DNA of 64,000 nt from Narcine bancroftii (taxonomy: Eukaryota): positions 12,462,001-12,526,000 of the forward strand of contig NC_091481.1 in assembly GCF_036971445.1 (NCBI RefSeq), read 5' to 3'. Below the pieces are notes generated by a model that had not been told where the DNA came from, searched no databases, and saw only the letters and a program-made list of their open reading frames with translations. The position numbers and the translations under genes were made by a program. This document shows, piece by piece, positions 38,688-50,763 of the stretch; within the stretch, counting starts at the first letter, position 1, and every line of letters begins with the position of its first letter.

Positions 38688-38931
38688 CAGTAAAAACACA
38701 ATGTTGGAGAAACTCTCAAACAGTGCACTTTTTGTAGCAAAGATAAAGATACATAACCAATGTTTGGGGCTTCAGCCTTTAAAGTATGATATCATACCTT
38801 GATGAAGGGCTCAAGCCTGAAACGTTGGTTAAGTATTCTTATCTTTGCTTTATAAAGTACACTGTTTGACCTGCTGAGTTTCTCCAGTGTTGTGTTTAAT
38901 CACGGGATCTGTAGACTTTCGTGTTTTACTT
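38688..38931. mobile_element. Fold-back Penelope-derived element with ~100-bp arms centred on ATGATATCAT
   Basis: Left and right arms are reverse complements about 38790/38791. Confidence 0.8.
38796..38829 (+). ncRNA. Minimal hammerhead-ribozyme-like motif (Penelope-associated), U3 variant
   Basis: ACC-TTGATGA-A-GGGC(TCAA)GCCT-GAAA-CG-TT-GGT: stem I ACC/GGT, stem II hairpin, palindromic AACGTT in place of stem III. Activity is not demonstrated. Confidence 0.5.
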
Positions 38932-39464
38932 CAATAGAGAGTATACTTTGGTTCAGCTATTCCATTAACAGCATCCAAGCAATTTAAAGAAATACTATTA
39001 AACCTGTGGAGCAGGAAAGGGGCTGAGATAATCTAATGCAGTTAGCAAGCTTTAGAGATAAACATTCATGGCATGACACATGTGTCAAACCCCTCAAACA
39101 CTCCTCTTCCTCCCTGCTCTTGGATTCTGACCTTCCTTGTTCGGGCATTTGCCAATCTTGGCATCCTGATGGGCTCAGGCCTGAAACATTGATTGCCGAT
39201 TGCTTTCCACAGATGTTGCATGGCCTGCTGAATTCCACCAGCACTTTTCTAGTTATCCAGCATCTGCCGACTTCTTGTCTAACCCCTCAAGCACAGTTAT
39301 CCTTCCACCAGCCGGACTTCTGTCTTCAGTATTAGTTTGCAGAAATAATTGCTTCTTTAGCTTCCTTGAACATCCAGAGGACCTTGAGTATAATGCTGAT
39401 CATAAGTATTCAACCAAAGAATAATGTTACCAAAAGATGTTAAAATTTATGTATTTAAATGTAC

Positions 39465-39470
39465 TTTATT
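39465..39470 (-). terminator. Probable RBM28 polyadenylation signal AATAAA
   Basis: TTTATT on the plus strand, about 57 nt downstream of the RBM28 stop codon. Confidence 0.55.
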
Positions 39471-39526
39471 CAAGTCTCATTCCAGATCTGCTCCTCCATT
39501 CATCCTGGAGGTTCCTGTCTTTCACT

Positions 39527-39664
39527 TTAGTCCTGAAACCATTTACTTTTCTTCATTGAACAAGGGCCAGGGGAAGCAGCCAGGAGCTTTTTCTTGTACT
39601 GCTCAACCAGGGAATTAAATTTCAACTCTTGCTTCTCTTGTTTATTTTTCTTGGTCTTTCCAAC
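39527..39664 (-). CDS. rbm28: RBM28 terminal coding exon (exon 19 by human numbering)
   Basis: AG acceptor, phase 0; VGKTKKNKQEKQELKFNSLVEQYKKKLL...KKSKWFQD* matches the RBM28 C-terminus (FNQLVEQYK...SKWF). Confidence 0.93.
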   Translation of the reverse strand, partial: VGKTKKNKQEKQELKFNSLVEQYKKKLLAASPGPCSMKKSKWFQD

Positions 39665-40308
39665 CTTCAAAAGATTTTTAAACAATAGTAAAGAATTGAC
39701 ATAACATTTTTACAATAATAATTGCAATGATTCCTTGGTTGGCTTTCAATCAAGGCCTCCAAAAGGTTTCAATCTCCCAGGTGCAGCTGAGAGGAGTGGA
39801 TGATGATGTGGGTTTAGGGATTGTTCTCTTCAAGTCAGATGAAAAGTTTCAATCTTGCGAAGTGTAACTGTGACCTCCTGGGAGCTCTCCTGAAGGCTGA
39901 GTCAGGTCAGAGTACAGCAACACAGATAGAAGTGGCACCATTCAAACCTCCCAATCACAATAACAAAATAGCCCTCCGTGCACATCTTGTGGGTTTTTTT
40001 TTTACTTTGGTAGCCACGACAAACAAACCAGTTGACAGATGTTTGCAAAAGGAGCACTCTCCAGTAAAAGTAATGAGAGAAAGAGAGAGAGAGAGAGAGA
40101 GAAGGAAACACATCTTAATTTAACCCATCTTTCAGTGAGATATAAAAGGACTAACTGAAGGGTAAACACAGTGGTAAGGGAGATTAACCTGGCCAGGAAT
40201 CAATCCAGAAGCCATTTGTATTCTATGCTCTCCATCCTACCCTATAGCTCCTCATATTCCTCACCAACTCCCATCCTCCCCATCTTCTCCACCAATCACC
40301 ACTCTCAC

Positions 40309-40408
40309 CTGTTTTGTAATGGATTCCATCTTCATCTTGTTCGCCCGACTCATTTTCACTTTCACCTTCTTGGGCTTGGATTGTGGCAATTTTCCTTTAT
40401 CTCTCATT
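40309..40408 (-). CDS. rbm28: RBM28 exon 18
   Basis: 100 nt, TAG/GTGAG; (R)MRDKGKLPQSKPKK...TKQ; phases 2/0 fit the neighbouring exons. Confidence 0.92.
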
Positions 40409-41546
40409 CTAGAATGAGAAATGGTTCAGAATATTAAAACCAGCCAGAATTCTGTGAGGTTGGCAAAGTCAATGATATGGTTTAAAGCAATCTTTCACTA
40501 CCCCTCAAGAAAGACCTTTTGTCCTGATAAAAAGGTACCTTGTCCTGGCCAAGCCTCCAGTTTACTGAGCTATCTGATAATGGGAATAGATGTTGTTCAT
40601 GGCTCATTTTAAATCCCTTATTATTTTATTGACCTCAGCCAAATCATCCCCGTCATTCATTTCAACTAAAAGAAAACAACCCAGCGTAGAGTTAAACGCG
40701 AAAGTCTGCAGGCATTGTGATTGCACTGCAAAACACAAAAGTGTTGGAGAAACTCAGTAGGTCATGAAGCATCTATAGGAAGTAGAGGGCAACCAATGTT
40801 TTGGGCCTGAGCCCTTCAGGCTGTAACCTGAATAAAAAGGTGGGGAGAGGAGAGGATGAAGAAAGGGGCAGGGATAAGGGTAGGAGCACAGGCCATAGGT
40901 GATATGGGTGAGAGGGCAGAAGAGGAAAAAAACTGAGAAGTGATGGGGGAGGGGATAGCCCTCTGAATGGAGAGAGCCTAATAGAAACTGGAGAATTCAA
41001 TGTTAATGCCATCTGGTTGGAGAAAACCCGGAATGAATATTAGGTGAATTTGTGGGTAGCCTCGGTTTGGCAGTGCGTGAGGCCATGGATAATCATGTCA
41101 GTGTGGGAATGGGGTATGGAATTAAAATGGGTGGCCACTGGCATATCCCAATCTGAGGTCAGTCTCTCTGAGGCAGAGGAGGCCAGAAAGGAAGCATCAA
41201 AAGCAGTTGATGACTTCTGCAGATTCACAAGTGAAATGCAAAATAATTTGGTGCCTCAAACATGAAAGAAAGAAAAAAAATTGGGGGTCCTAACTGGAAA
41301 GAAAAAACTTACTCCACTCCTCCTTCCTCACCATTTGGGGCCCCAAACAGAAAATAAAACTTTTTTGTTGTTAAGTGAAGCAATTCATACTATAAGCTGA
41401 CACAGGCAAAGCTCCAAAACTCTTATTCTGCTACATTGATGACTGCATTGGTGCTGCCTCCATTATGAACTCGACAACTTTATCCACTTGTGGCCTCCTC
41501 TATATTGGAGAGACTGGGCAATCGTTTAATTGAACACCTTGGCTCT

Positions 41547-44441
41547 TTAAGTGGTCTGATCGAATTAAATATTTAGAAATTATAATAGATGATAATTATA
41601 ATCATTTATATGCATTGAATCATTTGCCTTTATTGTCTAAAATTAAATATGATTTAAATCGGTGGTAAGATTTACCAATAACCTTGAGAGAGTGAGTAAA
41701 CTGCATGAAAATGAATATTTTTCCCTGTATACAATATCGTTTTCAGTCCATTCCATGTAAAATCACCCAAAAACTTTGTAAAAACTTGAATGATTTGGTG
41801 AGGACTTTTTTAAAATGGAAATGTAAAATGGCAAAGGAGTTGTTGCAAAAAATAGACTTGGAAATATGCTTTAGGAGGATTGCAACTTCCTCATTTTCAG
41901 CATTATTATGAATCGGCAGAATTTAAATTTATTAATAGAATGTTTAAAGTGGATAAACCTTTGGTTTGGGCTAAGATTGAATTGTCTCAGATTAGTGAAC
42001 AAAGAATGGATCATTTTATTTATAAATAGAATTCTCACTTCTACAGAGTTATAATTTGCCAGTGTTAAAGCATTTAATGGAATTATAGAGTAAGAAGAAT
42101 GAAATAATAGATACCGAAGGTAAAATTTTGGCGAAAACTCCTTTGTATCAGAATAAACTTTTTTCTTTTTCAGTGAATAATCAGCTTCTGAAAATATGGG
42201 AACAAACAGATATTAAGTTAGTGGAGGCCTGTTACGAAGCTGGGTATTTTATTTTGTTTCAGAGAATGAAGGAGAAATATGGAATTTTTTCAAATACTTT
42301 GTTTACTTATTATCAGGTTCGAGCTTTACTTTTAGATCATTTTGGACGTACATTAAGATTGCCTAGACGATCTAGATTTGAAGGTTTACTTATTGAAGGG
42401 AGGTAAAAAGGGATTTATATCTGAGATGAATGCTTTATTACAACATAAGATGTGTAAGCCAGATATTTATAAATCTAGACTTAGGTGGGAAAAAGATTTG
42501 TCTATTTCTCAGGACGATTGGATGACCATATGTGAAGATAGTATGATTAAATTAGTGAATGTAAGATATAGATTGGTTCATTATAATTTTATACATCAGC
42601 TCTATTTAACTATTTAACCCCCCACAGGAGGTTAGGAAAAAAGGTGGAGGCATTAGGTATAAATAAAGAGGTAGTGAAATGGATTCAGCAGTGGTTGGAT
42701 GGGAGGTGTCAGAGAGTAGTGGTAGAAAATTGTTTGTCCAGTTGGAGGCCGGTGACTATTGGAGTTCCTCAGGGTTCGGTCCTGGGTCCACTATTATTTG
42801 TTATATATATTAATGATCTGGATGTAGGGGTGGAGAATTGGATAAGCAAGTTTGCGGATGACACAAAGATTGGTGGTGTTGTGGAAAGTGAGGTAGATTA
42901 CCGTAGATTAAAAGGTGATTTAGGAAGGCTGGAGGTGTGGGCTGAGAAATGGCTGATGAAATTTAATACAGATAAATGTGAGGTGCTACATTTTGGAAAG
43001 GCAAATTTAAATAGGTCATATACATTGAATGGTAGACAATTGAGGAGTGCAGAGCAACAAAGGGATTTAGGAGTGATGGTAAATAGTACCCTCAAGGCTG
43101 ATACTCAGGTAGATGGTGTGGTGAAGAAGGCATTTGGAATGTTCGCCTTCATAAATCGGTGTATTGAATTCAAGAGTAGGGAGGTTATGATGAAATTGTA
43201 CAAGGCATTGGTGAGGCCAAATTTGGAGTACTGTGTACAGTTTTGGTCACCAAATTATAGGAAAGATATAAACAAAATAGAGAGAGTGCAGAGAAGGTTC
43301 ACAAGAATGTTGACAGGATTTCAGGGTCTGAGTTACAGGGAAAGGTTGTGTAGACTGGGGCTTTTTTCTCTGGAGCGTAGAAGATCGAGAGGGGACTTGA
43401 TAGAGGTGTTTAAGATTTTAAAAGGGACAGACAGAGTAAATGTGGATAGGCTTTTTCAATTAAGAAAGGGGGAGATTCAAACTAGAGGACACGGTTTAAG
43501 ATTGAAGGGGGAAAATTATAAGGGGAACATGAGGGGAAATTTCTTTACGCAGAGGGTGGTGGGGATGTGGAATGAGCTTCCGGCAGACGTGGTCGAGGCG
43601 GGATCATTGGTTACATTTAAGGAAAGAGTGGATCGTTACATGGATAGGAGGGGTATGGACCGGGTGCTGGTCAGTGGGACTAGGAGGGTGGGGATTTGCT
43701 ACGGCATGGACTAGTAGGGCCGAACTGGCCTGTTCTGTGCTGTAAGTGGTTATATGGTTATATGGTTAACTCCTGAGAAGTTAAAGAAATATAAGTTTAT
43801 TTCTTCTGATTTATGTTTTAGATGCCGCAAACAAGCTGGTTCTTTTTTTTTACATTCTATTTGGTTGTGTGAGACAGTGAAACCTTTTTGGAATAGAATT
43901 ATGGAATTTTAGAAGGTTTATTTAAATCAAAATTTTGCTTGACCCTATGGTATTTTTATTGGGTTATATTAAAAAATGGAGTTTGGAATTAAAATTAGAT
44001 AAGTTTCAAATTGCATTTTTGAGACTGGCGTTAACTGTGGCAAGAAAATGTTTGGCTATTACTTGGAAAAATGAGACTGATTTAAGTATTCAACGGTGGC
44101 ATATGGAAATGTCTTGTATTCCAATGGAAAAGATCATGTATAATTTATGTAATAATTATCCTTTTTTTTGTTAAGATGTGGAGCCTGTGTATGAAATATA
44201 TAGGTTTAAATTTGTAGTGATTTTTTTTCTCCTGCTGTTGGGTTGCACCAACCATGGCAACATTGGACGATTGTTATGTGAGTTGATTTCCTATTTTCCT
44301 TTTTTACGGTAGTTTAGAGGGGGGTGGGGGGGGGGGTTAAGGTTGGAAGGGGGCTACAGGGGAGAAAATATTATGCATATTTGTATTTTACTTTTGATTG
44401 TACACTTTATTTTGAGTAATACATAAAATATACAAAAAAAA
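41547..44441 (+). mobile_element. 5'-truncated L1/Tx1 LINE interrupted by a CR1
   Basis: KWSDRIKYL, MKMNIFP.IQY.FQSIP, HQLYLT|PEKLKK, ARKCLAITWK remnants; A-rich tail; 15-bp TSD GAACACCTT(G/T)GCTCT at 41532-41546 and 44442-44456. Confidence 0.9.
42619..43767 (+). mobile_element. Young 5'-truncated CR1 LINE with an uninterrupted RT/C-terminal reading frame (42644-43714)
   Basis: [48 protein letters not shown]; (TGGTTATA)n 3' tail. Confidence 0.96.
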
Positions 44442-47284
44442 GAACACCTTTGCTCTGCAATAACTGGGACCTCCCAGTGTCTAACCATTTTAACTTCACA
44501 CCCTAATCCCACACCCAGATGTTCATCCATGGCCTCGTGCATTGTCAAACCGAGGTCACCTGCAAATTGGACGAACACCTAATATTCCATCTGGGCTCTT
44601 TCCAATGAGATGGCATTAACATCGACCCCTCCAGCTCCCGTTAGGTCCCTCCCTTGTCTCTCTCTTGTCCTATCCTTGTCTCCTTTCTTCCAGTTTCCCA
44701 CTCTATTCAACAAGCTATCCCCTCCTCCATCACCAGCTTTTTGCTCGACCTCCCACCCATATTCACCTATGACCCCTTGCCTGTGCTTCCACTCACTCCT
44801 TCCTCCTGTCACCTTTTTTTATTCAGGTGCTTGTCTACCTTTTGATTATACCTTGATGAAGGGCTCAGGCCTGAAACAAGTTATCCTTTATTTCCTATAG
44901 ATGCTGCGTGACCAGCTCAGTTTCTCCAGCACTAACCCTACCTAGCCAATTTTTACCCAGTTATAGGTTTTTGCGCCAAATAATATTTGCATAAATCCCC
45001 AATAAAGGAGAAAATCCCACTTACTATCTTAAATAATTTATCCAATAGCATTGCTATCTTAAGAGATACGTGGAAGAATGTTTGGACAAGCCTAAATTCA
45101 TAAAAAAGGAGGGAAATCAGGAAATAAATAGGCGTGCACTGCAGTCAAATCTGGCAATAACAAAGGCATGAAAGTGGATTGCAGGTGAACTATTTCAGGC
45201 GCTACTAGTCTGTTATATGTGTGCAATGTGCAAAATTGAGAAATTTGACTTAATCTCACCATTGTTGCAAACTTTTACTTGACCCATTGCCTTTTGTTGC
45301 CATGTTCATTGCAAAGAACTGATCAACATTTTGATAAGAAAGATCTCCCACGCACTTTTGTTGCTTATTTTGGTGAATACCTTTTGTGGATTTAAATCCT
45401 TTCTACTGAAAAAATACATGCCCCATATTTAAAAGAACAATCACAACTCTGACATATATCTAATATAATTCAGTATCTAATATGCACTCAAAAAAGTTCC
45501 ATAAATGACAATAAATTAACAGTTGGATAATCTACTCCAATGATATTTGTTGGAAATGAAAATGTTCACTGTGGAGATTCCCTTCCTTTTGTTCAATTAA
45601 TGCGATGGGATCCCTCGAGGACTATCTTGTTTTAATGCCTCATCTCACTTACACACACTCAGCACAGAACCATTCAGGATTATATGGTCACGTCAAAGAG
45701 ATTTAAATGTATAAATTTAAATTTATATATTTAAATCTCCTTAAATTTTTTATGTTTTAAAATTTTTAAAATTATTTTAAATTTTTATTTGAAATTTAGA
45801 CATACAGCACTGTAACAGGCCCTTCCAGCCGCATGCCCGTGCTACCCAAATTCAGCCAATTAACTGACAATCCCTGTACATTTTTGAAGGGTGGGATAAA
45901 GTCAGAGGACATGTAGGAAATCCATGCAGACAGGGAAAATGTACAAACTCCTTACAGTCACTGCTGTATCTGTGTCCCTGGTGCTGTAACAGCATAGTGG
46001 TGGCTGTGCTAACCATGCCACCCTCTCTGATGGCTTTAATCCTTGATCATCTAATACAGTGAAGAGAGTGATATCCACTATTAAACATATCTGCATCATA
46101 GAATTGTAGAAAAACAGATACATGAGGAGATGTATCCCATTATGTCTCTGCCTGTCAAAAAAAACTAACCAACCCAATCTCATTGTCCAACATTAGGTAT
46201 CCTTGTGGGGCATTCTTTTTTTAATTGACATGTTTTGTTTTAAATGTAATGAGGGAATCTGCCTCTACCATTCCTTCAGGCTCTTACCACCTTCTGTATG
46301 AAAAATCCCATCTACCCTCTGATCCACCCATTAATAATCTAAATGTATACCACTGGATAAACGCCTTTCATGATCTGAGAAGCATTTTATTCCAACTCAA
46401 ATTTGTGCTTCTCCATCATAGGAAACTAATATAATGTCTTTAACCTTTCATTGGAGCTGAAATTCCCCATTCCCTTTGAATGGTGACCAATGATCAAAGC
46501 TGCATGTTCAGTTCAGAGTATTTCTTCCCCCTCCCTCTGCAATTGGAATGTGGCCTACCTCAGTGGATCTATACACATTTTAACTTTGGGAAAGATAGCT
46601 TTTTATAAATAAAGTGCAGCAGTTTTCATACTTCAGTATTATAGTGCAAGGTAGGTACTACTTTTTGAAGGAGATAAGTATTTAACTTCTAGTTTGGGCA
46701 TGCTGCCTCACTTTTGTCATTGCACATTCAGGATGTCGTAACCAAAAGCCTTTTCTTTCTAATCTGTATCCCTATCCCACTTAACAGAGGCATGCAAACT
46801 TACAAACCTAGACAAGCTATCAGAGGTCATATTTTAAATAATTAGCAAAAGAAAAGCATTCCCCACCCCCCACACATGGAACCTTTGTCAGAAACCTTGG
46901 GTGACACGGAAAACATAGTGGTTGGCACAACACCGTGACAGCGCCAGCCATGCAAGTTTGAATCCGCTGCTGTCTGGGTATTTCCCTGGGTGCTTCGGTT
47001 TATTCCCACCCTCCAAAACTTACAGGGTCATAGGCTAATTTGGGTGTAATTACGCGGCAAAGGTTTAAATGGCTGGAATCAGCTTCTACTGTGTTGTAAA
47101 TTAAAATAAATTCAAAAGAAATATATTATTTGAGAAAATGATGGAAAAAATTTCTAAAGAAGCTTTCATAAATTGAGCTAAATATCAACAATTGAGCTAA
47201 ATGTCACAACTCTTTCAATGCCTAAGAATAGGTCTCCTCCTGTTGCTGTGATTTGACGATGAACTCCCTGGGATAAACTCATAC

Positions 47285-47502
47285 CGTATTTTGGGCCCTC
47301 GATGTGATGGCAAAGGCAACACCTTCTTCCGTTTCCTGCCATTAGCCAGTTCCACCTCCTCTACCTCGGGCTTGGTGCAAAATCCTGACCACATCTTCTT
47401 GCCTTGTGAGCTGTCAGAAGATTTAAGTGGCAGTTGATCACTTGGAGATTTATTGGGTTTCCTGGACTTTGGCAGAATCCTTGCTTTACCTTGCTGTACC
47501 TT
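47285..47502 (-). CDS. rbm28: RBM28 exon 17
   Basis: 218 nt, CAG/GTATG; ...[35 protein letters not shown](R); phases 0/2. Confidence 0.95.
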
Positions 47503-49394
47503 CTGTGAAAAGATAAACCCGCAAAGGAATTACAAAAAAAAAGCCATCTACGCTAAATTATTTCTTCTAAAGGTTCAACTTTCAGTCAATTAAACGTCAG
47601 GATTCAATCTATCGTCTGAATGTGTGTATTTCAGAGCTAGTGTTCATACAGGGACCAAACTGAGCTACAGCAGCGCTGCAGCACACTCCGGTGGTTGAAA
47701 CTGGAGAGAGCAGCACATACACTTAAAAGGAACTCTTCAAATTAGATACTATCAGGACCTCAGACATAAGTGTTTGCACCTACTGGTGAAGTGGAAGAAA
47801 TGTCTTGCATTTATATAGCATATTATCAAAGCCTCCGCGTATCTTCAAACTCTTCACAGATTAAGCTATCAATTAACTAATAAAATCTTCTGTTTTGCTC
47901 AAGTTGTACTTCAAGGACAAGGATGATTTGCTTCCACTTAATTCCTGTGGGTTAGCAGATGAGGCAAATGCACGACCAGCAGCCTGTGTCACAGGTAGTA
48001 AAAGATGCCTGTGGACGCTGTGGTTGAAGTAAAAACACAATGCTGGAGGAACTCAGCAGGTCAAATAGTGTCCTTTACATAACCGATGTTTTGGACTTGA
48101 GCCCTACATCAAGGTATGGAAAAATGTTGGCAGGTGTCTGAATAAAAAGTATGGGGGAGGTGCATGGTTACAAAGGCAGGAGGTAATAGGTGGAAAAGGG
48201 AGGGAGGGCATAGCAGCAAGCAGGGGAAGAGAGAGGGAAGGGGGTGGAGAGCTGAGGGAAAAAAGATGGGGGGAGGGAAGGGAGGGGAAAGGAGAGCAGG
48301 TCAGCAGAAACCAGAGAAGTCAATACTCATGCCATCCAGCTGGAGAGTGCCCAGATGGAATATCAGGTGTTGTTTCTCCAATTTACTGGTGGTCTTGGTG
48401 GGACTGTACATGAGGCTATGGACAGACATGTGAGTATGGGCATGTGAAATGGTTGGCTACTGGGAGGTCCCTGTCACTGATGCATACAGAGCGAAAGTGC
48501 TCAGTCCCTCCTATGTAGAGGAAGCCGCATGTCACAGACTGGGAGATGACAAGTTCCTTTCATCCTTTTATTATTATGCTTGTGTGTGCTTTGGAAGAAG
48601 GCTTCATAGGTGCAAGATTCCCATGAACTTTCATCTTATTTTTTTTAAATCTATTGCCATGATGGAATTCATACAGGGATGTGAATGGCCTTCTCACGGG
48701 TAGGTACATAAATTCTGCCTATCCCCAACACAATTTCAGCAGCTTTAAATATCTGATTATGAACACCTGGCTATGGAGGGGGTGTGGGGGTCAGGTCAGT
48801 CTTACCTTCTGTCCCCAGGTACAAAACTGTAGAGGATGAACTGTCCCCCCATATATCCAGCTATAAGCCCTCGCCCAGGAATTCAGTGCACGCATCCAGA
48901 CACACTGTCATAGGAATCTGCCAACCTCCTTCATCCCCAATTTCCACTTCATCCTCACCATCTGCCACTTGACCCATCCACCCTCAGATGTTTAGCACGG
49001 GGTTATCAGTACTCTCACCCAGGCAACTGAGAAACCCAAATACAGTAATATCTCTGTTATCCGGAATTCAAGCAACTGGCAAAATAATTGTGGATAATAA
49101 ATAGGTAAAATTGGCGCTTTCTCACGGTTAGTTTGCCAATCCATGCCATCTGTGATCTCAAGCAACCGAAAAATTCATTTATCTGGCATCTATCAATCTC
49201 TAGGTGCCAGATACCAGGGCTTTTACTGTATACAGGTACATGGTCTAACTGGGTCTCTATTATGTCCAATCCTTTCAATATGCATAACAGATCTTCAGAA
49301 TTGTCTGAGTGCTGCACATAATCAAATGGAATGTCAGATGTAATCACTGGGGTGCCCCATCACGAGTAAATCATGTCCTTGATTGAGCCCTTAC

Positions 49395-49469
49395 CAATCT
49401 GTTTTGTGCTCTCATCTCTTTGACCATCAGCTTCCTCCGATCCTCCAAGGAGAATTCCACAATTGGTCT
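49395..49469 (-). CDS. rbm28: RBM28 exon 16
   Basis: 75 nt, CAG/GTAAG; RPIVEFSLEDRRKLMVKEMRAQNRL. Confidence 0.96.
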
Positions 49470-50763
49470 CTGTTCCAGGGGAAGAACAGAAAGCAGAGAA
49501 TCAAATAACAGATTCTGCATAGATTCAGTCTAAAAGCACCATAAATTCTCATCCAGTCCGAGCAAGGAATGTAGGTTTATTTTAATGGAGACATGACCCT
49601 CTTTCACACTCTTAAAAATATACATTTCCCATGACCTGGCTGGGACAAGCACACTGACACGATGATTAAGAAAGTGCACCTGCTCTCCCCCCCCCCCCCC
49701 CCCCCCCACCCAACTCTACTTTCTAAGAAAATTTGTCATATTCCCACACCCTCAAAAATTTCTACAGGTGGCCCATCAAAAGCATACTTGGTGAACGCAT
49801 CACAGTGTGGTATGAGAGATGCTCAGTTCAAGATCAGAATAAACTACAGTAGGTTGTAAATGAAGCTTAAAAACTTGCCCCCCCCACCCCCTCCCAATTC
49901 TCCAGGGACTCCATCTACATTTCTCTCTGCCTCAGAATGGCAGTCAACATACCAAAAGACCCATCACACCCTGGACACATACTCTTTTCCCTCTTCCCAT
50001 CAGATAGTGCGAATGAACAGACAAGCAGACTTAAAGCCAGTTTTTTTTAGTTTGCAGTCATCAGGCTCCTGAATGAACTTCATAACAGTGGTTTCATGCT
50101 GCTCTCATTTGGCACTAATTGATCTTCCTTTTCATTGTAATCCTACACTTTGTAAATTGTGCTCTATATATAGTTGTATCTAATGCTAGAGATATCCTGT
50201 TAGTCTGCTTGCAGAAGAACCTTTCTCATTCGACTAACATTTTGTGACAAATAAGCTTAAACTTGCCTTTTACTTTTAGGATGGTGACAACAAGGAATTC
50301 TAATGCATTGCCCTAGAATGCTTAGCACTTCAGCCCCATATCAGTGATGTTAGAGGAGTTGCCTCTTCTGTGGTCAAATGCAAGCCCTTGGAAACACTAC
50401 CACTAGGGGAAATAGGTGAAGCATTGAGGGATAAATTGGACTTCACCATTGGAGAAAAGGTGATATTTACTTGTTGCATGCTTGAAAGTAACTGAGATCT
50501 TGACCAGAAGCAATCTTGTCAAAACCCATTTTACAATTGATAAGAGACTTACTTCCTGCCCATCTGTATTGCATCTAAAGACGTGTCCCAGGAGGCTGAA
50601 AGCTAATAGCTGCTGCACTCCTCAAACCCAAAGTACAGAAAGCTTTCGTTATCTCTATCCAAAATGTACCTCTGTATCACAGCCTGGAGATAGGATGCAG
50701 GGGGAAATCCAATGCCACCTCATCTTGAGGTGCCATAGTCACACAAAACATGGCTTCACTCAC

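Larger units (their letters stand above)
40690..44935. mobile_element. Penelope-like element with inverted arms (~40690-41230 minus; ~41390-41546 and 44442-44935 plus), host to an L1 insertion
   Basis: RT motif YIDD (41432-41443) and GIY-YIG motif CGLLYIGETG (41489-41518); terminal motifs are reverse complements. Confidence 0.8.

Noticed and set aside
42644-43714. 356-aa ORF as a host gene
   Set aside because: It is the RT and C-terminus of a 5'-truncated CR1 with a non-ATG start and a microsatellite tail.
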